A DNA stretch of 37,410 nucleotides from a virus (taxonomy: Duplodnaviria > Caudoviricetes), in the IMG/VR virus record IMGVR_UViG_3300006483_000017, positions 1-37,410 of that record; one strand, given 5' to 3'. The notes beneath the pieces are model-generated. The model was not told the DNA's origin. It was given only the letters and a program-made list of their open reading frames with translations, and ran no database searches. The translations under genes were made by a program, and so were the position numbers. Positions 35,053 to 37,410 of the stretch are shown here, piece by piece (the first letter of the stretch is position 1; the number at the start of each line of letters is the position of its first letter).

Positions 35053-37410
35053 TTATATTGATTGAAGAGCTAATGCTTGCCTTGTCTGGTTGTGCCATTC
35101 ACGCATTAATGATTTAAAATGGTCTGGATGACTCGGGGGCCTCATTTGGTCGTATACTCCTATCCCTGTTATTGTTGATGAAGGAATACTATTTGATTTG
35201 ATGGTTGTGGGGTCTTTTTTAGTTATGATAAGACCGTAACGATTAGAAGCAGAATGACCTATATGCCAGGGATCATTTGACAAGTTATATGTCGGGGCTA
35301 TTATATTATTGTCAATATATATCTCTGCAACACTAGCAACACTCGTTAATACTTTTAAAGATACATATTCTGTATCAGGGTCGGTTATAGTGTGAAATAT
35401 TCCTTTTGATCTAAATGTAGGTAAAAGGACAGTATCACTACTTTTTGATGATTTTAATATTGAACCGGAAGAATCTCTTTCAATAAATTCTAAGTGGACT
35501 GTTCCAGAACCTTTTAAACCCATACCCCCATACACGATGAGTCCGGTAGGGTCATCAATATAACTTATATCACTATAAGCACCGGAGTCTTGCATTATTC
35601 CTTGGTTAACATCTCCAAGCGTGGTTACTTTAGCACAATACGACCCATACCAACCTGGTGACACCTGAGTAATCGGTCCAACAGTTCCAACTTCATTCCA
35701 TCCTTCTACACCGGATTCCAAATCACCCTGATTTTGTGTCAGCAAGTTATACGGTCTGTAATGTAATGAATAAGGCTGTGTTAGCATTGAAACATCAGCA
35801 CCATCACTTAAACCACAGTTGATAGTGTCATCATGGAATACGCAGGTTGTTTTAGTAAATCCAATGTCATCATATTCATGTTTAACCCAGATAAAAGGTT
35901 TACCAGCCCGTATATGCCAATATGTCCGATCCAATTGCAGGACAAACCACCAGGGTGTGACCATCCACGGCCTTATCAAACTAATAGAATCAGGCAGTGT
36001 GAAAGTGTTCAGGGTAACATAACCAGAACCATTCCAATATTGAAATTGCACTCCATTAGTGGTGGTTACTAATTTAATAAGGCCGTTGCTGACATAGAAT
36101 TTAGTGGGGTCAAGGTCCACCTCGTTATGAGTAATCAAACGGTAAACAGAATCAGTGTAATTCCCATTCATGGCCTTAACAGTGCCTTTATAGAAATCAG
36201 CGGGGCTAATCTGATAATTGAGTGGATCAGTTATGTCCTGGAAACATTGAATATTACCCTCCTCTGAGGACCGTGTGAAATCAGGAGTCATGTTACAATC
36301 AGCCTGTGGAGGTGCAACCACAACATTAGGCTTATTCACATCCACCTCTTCATAGGCCTTGAAATTACCTGACCGCATTGTCACTGTTGAGAAAGAGTAT
36401 TGTTGCATTTCATAGATGAAATAATAATTTTTCCATGAAAGCCCAGTGTTTCCCTTCCATACTGGATTTCCAAAATTGGTTCCGCCTGATTTATCCACAT
36501 AAATTTCCATATACCCGCTTTCTGTAACTTTTACTTTGAAATTGGGATTCTTTTCTGTGCTGAAATTTAATTGTTGATAATGAATCATTGAGGTGACGGC
36601 GCCGGCCTTGCACCGTTGGGCTAATAAATAAAATTTACCATCTTTGTGATGAATAGCAAAGCGGATGTAATTGCTTGTTTTTGTATTTGTGGTTAGGTTC
36701 CAAGGTTGCGGGAGTGATGGGACCATTAACAGGTTAAGATAACTGTAAGTTCCGCTTCCATATTCTAAGTCAAATTCAACAGTGAATGGTGGTTGTAAAC
36801 TGAATTTACTGGTTGTTTTTATCCTTCCCCATGCACCATACTTAGCACCGCTGGTATTGGTTCCTGTGAGAACGAGTTTGCCTCCGCTTGTAGATACACT
36901 GGCACTGGTCATGTAATAAGTTTCATAAGTATTCCAATTACCTGTGTATGCACTATCAAAGGTATCTTCAAAGACTGTGACCTCCTCAGTATCCTCGTAA
37001 CCCGATTTAATGGTACTTCCATCCTCTCCACCCTTACTATACAGGAGAGTTAAATATTCATTCAGGTTTCGGCTTATCATTTCAGCCGGGATCTTCACCA
37101 AGGATACAATAGGGCTTTTAACCTCCTCCTCAGGATCACCCAATTTATAGAATCCAACATGGGGATTAGCCTCATTGATTTTGAGATTCTCACTCGTATT
37201 AACTGGGAGAACACCCCACCGGGTGTTAAGTCCCCTTATAATCCTTACAGGGCCATAATCATTTTTCACCACATTTTCTGCAAGACCGAGTAATTGTTTG
37301 GCCTGTATAGGACTGCATACAACATTAATGGTTTCACTGCCATCAGGTTTGATTTCATCCCCTTCCCGTACATGAGGATGGTCAAGTGTTATTGGACCAA
37401 TATAGTTTGT
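35053..37410 (-). CDS. Distal tail / adhesin-like protein; start codon lies across the junction at 3..1
   Basis: Frame is open from 37410 (TNYIGPITLDH..) into the 739-aa ORF, giving ~786 aa with the ATG at 3..1. Contains ConA- and CBM-like segments (NLLTQNQGDLESG..W, IYIDN). Confidence 0.8.
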   Translation of the reverse strand, partial: TNYIGPITLDHPHVREGDEIKPDGSETINVVCSPIQAKQLLGLAENVVKNDYGPVRIIRGLNTRWGVLPVNTSENLKINEANPHVGFYKLGDPEEEVKSPIVSLVKIPAEMISRNLNEYLTLLYSKGGEDGSTIKSGYEDTEEVTVFEDTFDSAYTGNWNTYETYYMTSASVSTSGGKLVLTGTNTSGAKYGAWGRIKTTSKFSLQPPFTVEFDLEYGSGTYSYLNLLMVPSLPQPWNLTTNTKTSNYIRFAIHHKDGKFYLLAQRCKAGAVTSMIHYQQLNFSTEKNPNFKVKVTESGYMEIYVDKSGGTNFGNPVWKGNTGLSWKNYYFIYEMQQYSFSTVTMRSGNFKAYEEVDVNKPNVVVAPPQADCNMTPDFTRSSEEGNIQCFQDITDPLNYQISPADFYKGTVKAMNGNYTDSVYRLITHNEVDLDPTKFYVSNGLIKLVTTTNGVQFQYWNGSGYVTLNTFTLPDSISLIRPWMVTPWWFVLQLDRTYWHIRAGKPFIWVKHEYDDIGFTKTTCVFHDDTINCGLSDGADVSMLTQPYSLHYRPYNLLTQNQGDLESGVEGWNEVGTVGPITQVSPGWYGSYCAKVTTLGDVNQGIMQDSGAYSDISYIDDPTGLIVYGGMGLKGSGTVHLEFIERDSSGSILKSSKSSDTVLLPTFRSKGIFHTITDPDTEYVSLKVLTSVASVAEIYIDNNIIAPTYNLSNDPWHIGHSASNRYGLIITKKDPTTIKSNSIPSSTITGIGVYDQMRPPSHPDHFKSLMREWHNQTRQALALQSI

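Larger units (their letters stand above)
1..37410. mobile_element. Complete circular(ly permuted) genome of a tailed archaeal virus (Caudoviricetes, siphovirus-like), probable host Methanobacteriales
   Basis: Full head-tail-lysis gene set. The minus-strand ORF at the right edge continues in frame into the ATG at 3..1, which has RBS GGAGG upstream. Archaeal TATA/BRE promoters and pseudomurein-related enzymes are present. Confidence 0.92.

Overview
The window looks like a complete, circularly closed genome (37.4 kb) of a tailed archaeal virus with siphovirus-type gene order. The host is most likely a pseudomurein-walled methanogen (Methanobacteriales, probably Methanobacterium). This is inferred from GGAGGTGA-type RBSs, BRE/TATA promoters, a C39 endoisopeptidase with a pseudomurein-binding-like N-terminus, and a captured DUF1802-like fragment. 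Almost all genes are on the minus strand. In transcription order: (1) early/regulatory block 25749->18317, with many small Zn-finger and HTH proteins and an SSB-like protein; (2) AT-rich orphan DNA methyltransferase island; (3) small membrane and secreted proteins; (4) TerS, TerL, portal, MuF, protease/scaffold, cement, MCP, head-tail proteins, tail tube, frameshifted chaperones, tape measure; (5) across the window junction, tail-tip and adhesin genes, a holin candidate and the endolysin. I recognise no integrase, helicase, primase, polymerase, RT, tRNA or CRISPR array. The most notable features are: two tandem transglutaminase/Pei-like Cys-His-Asp domains on the tape measure protein; an 856-bp two-gene cassette (acidic protein plus RHH fusion) flanked by a duplicated endolysin 3' end; a helically phased iteron-like locus beside an RHH-HTH gene (candidate replicon); two long intergenic hairpins that share an internal motif; and a secreted Cys-rich protein that apparently starts at ATT. 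All family assignments come from motif recognition by eye, not database searches.
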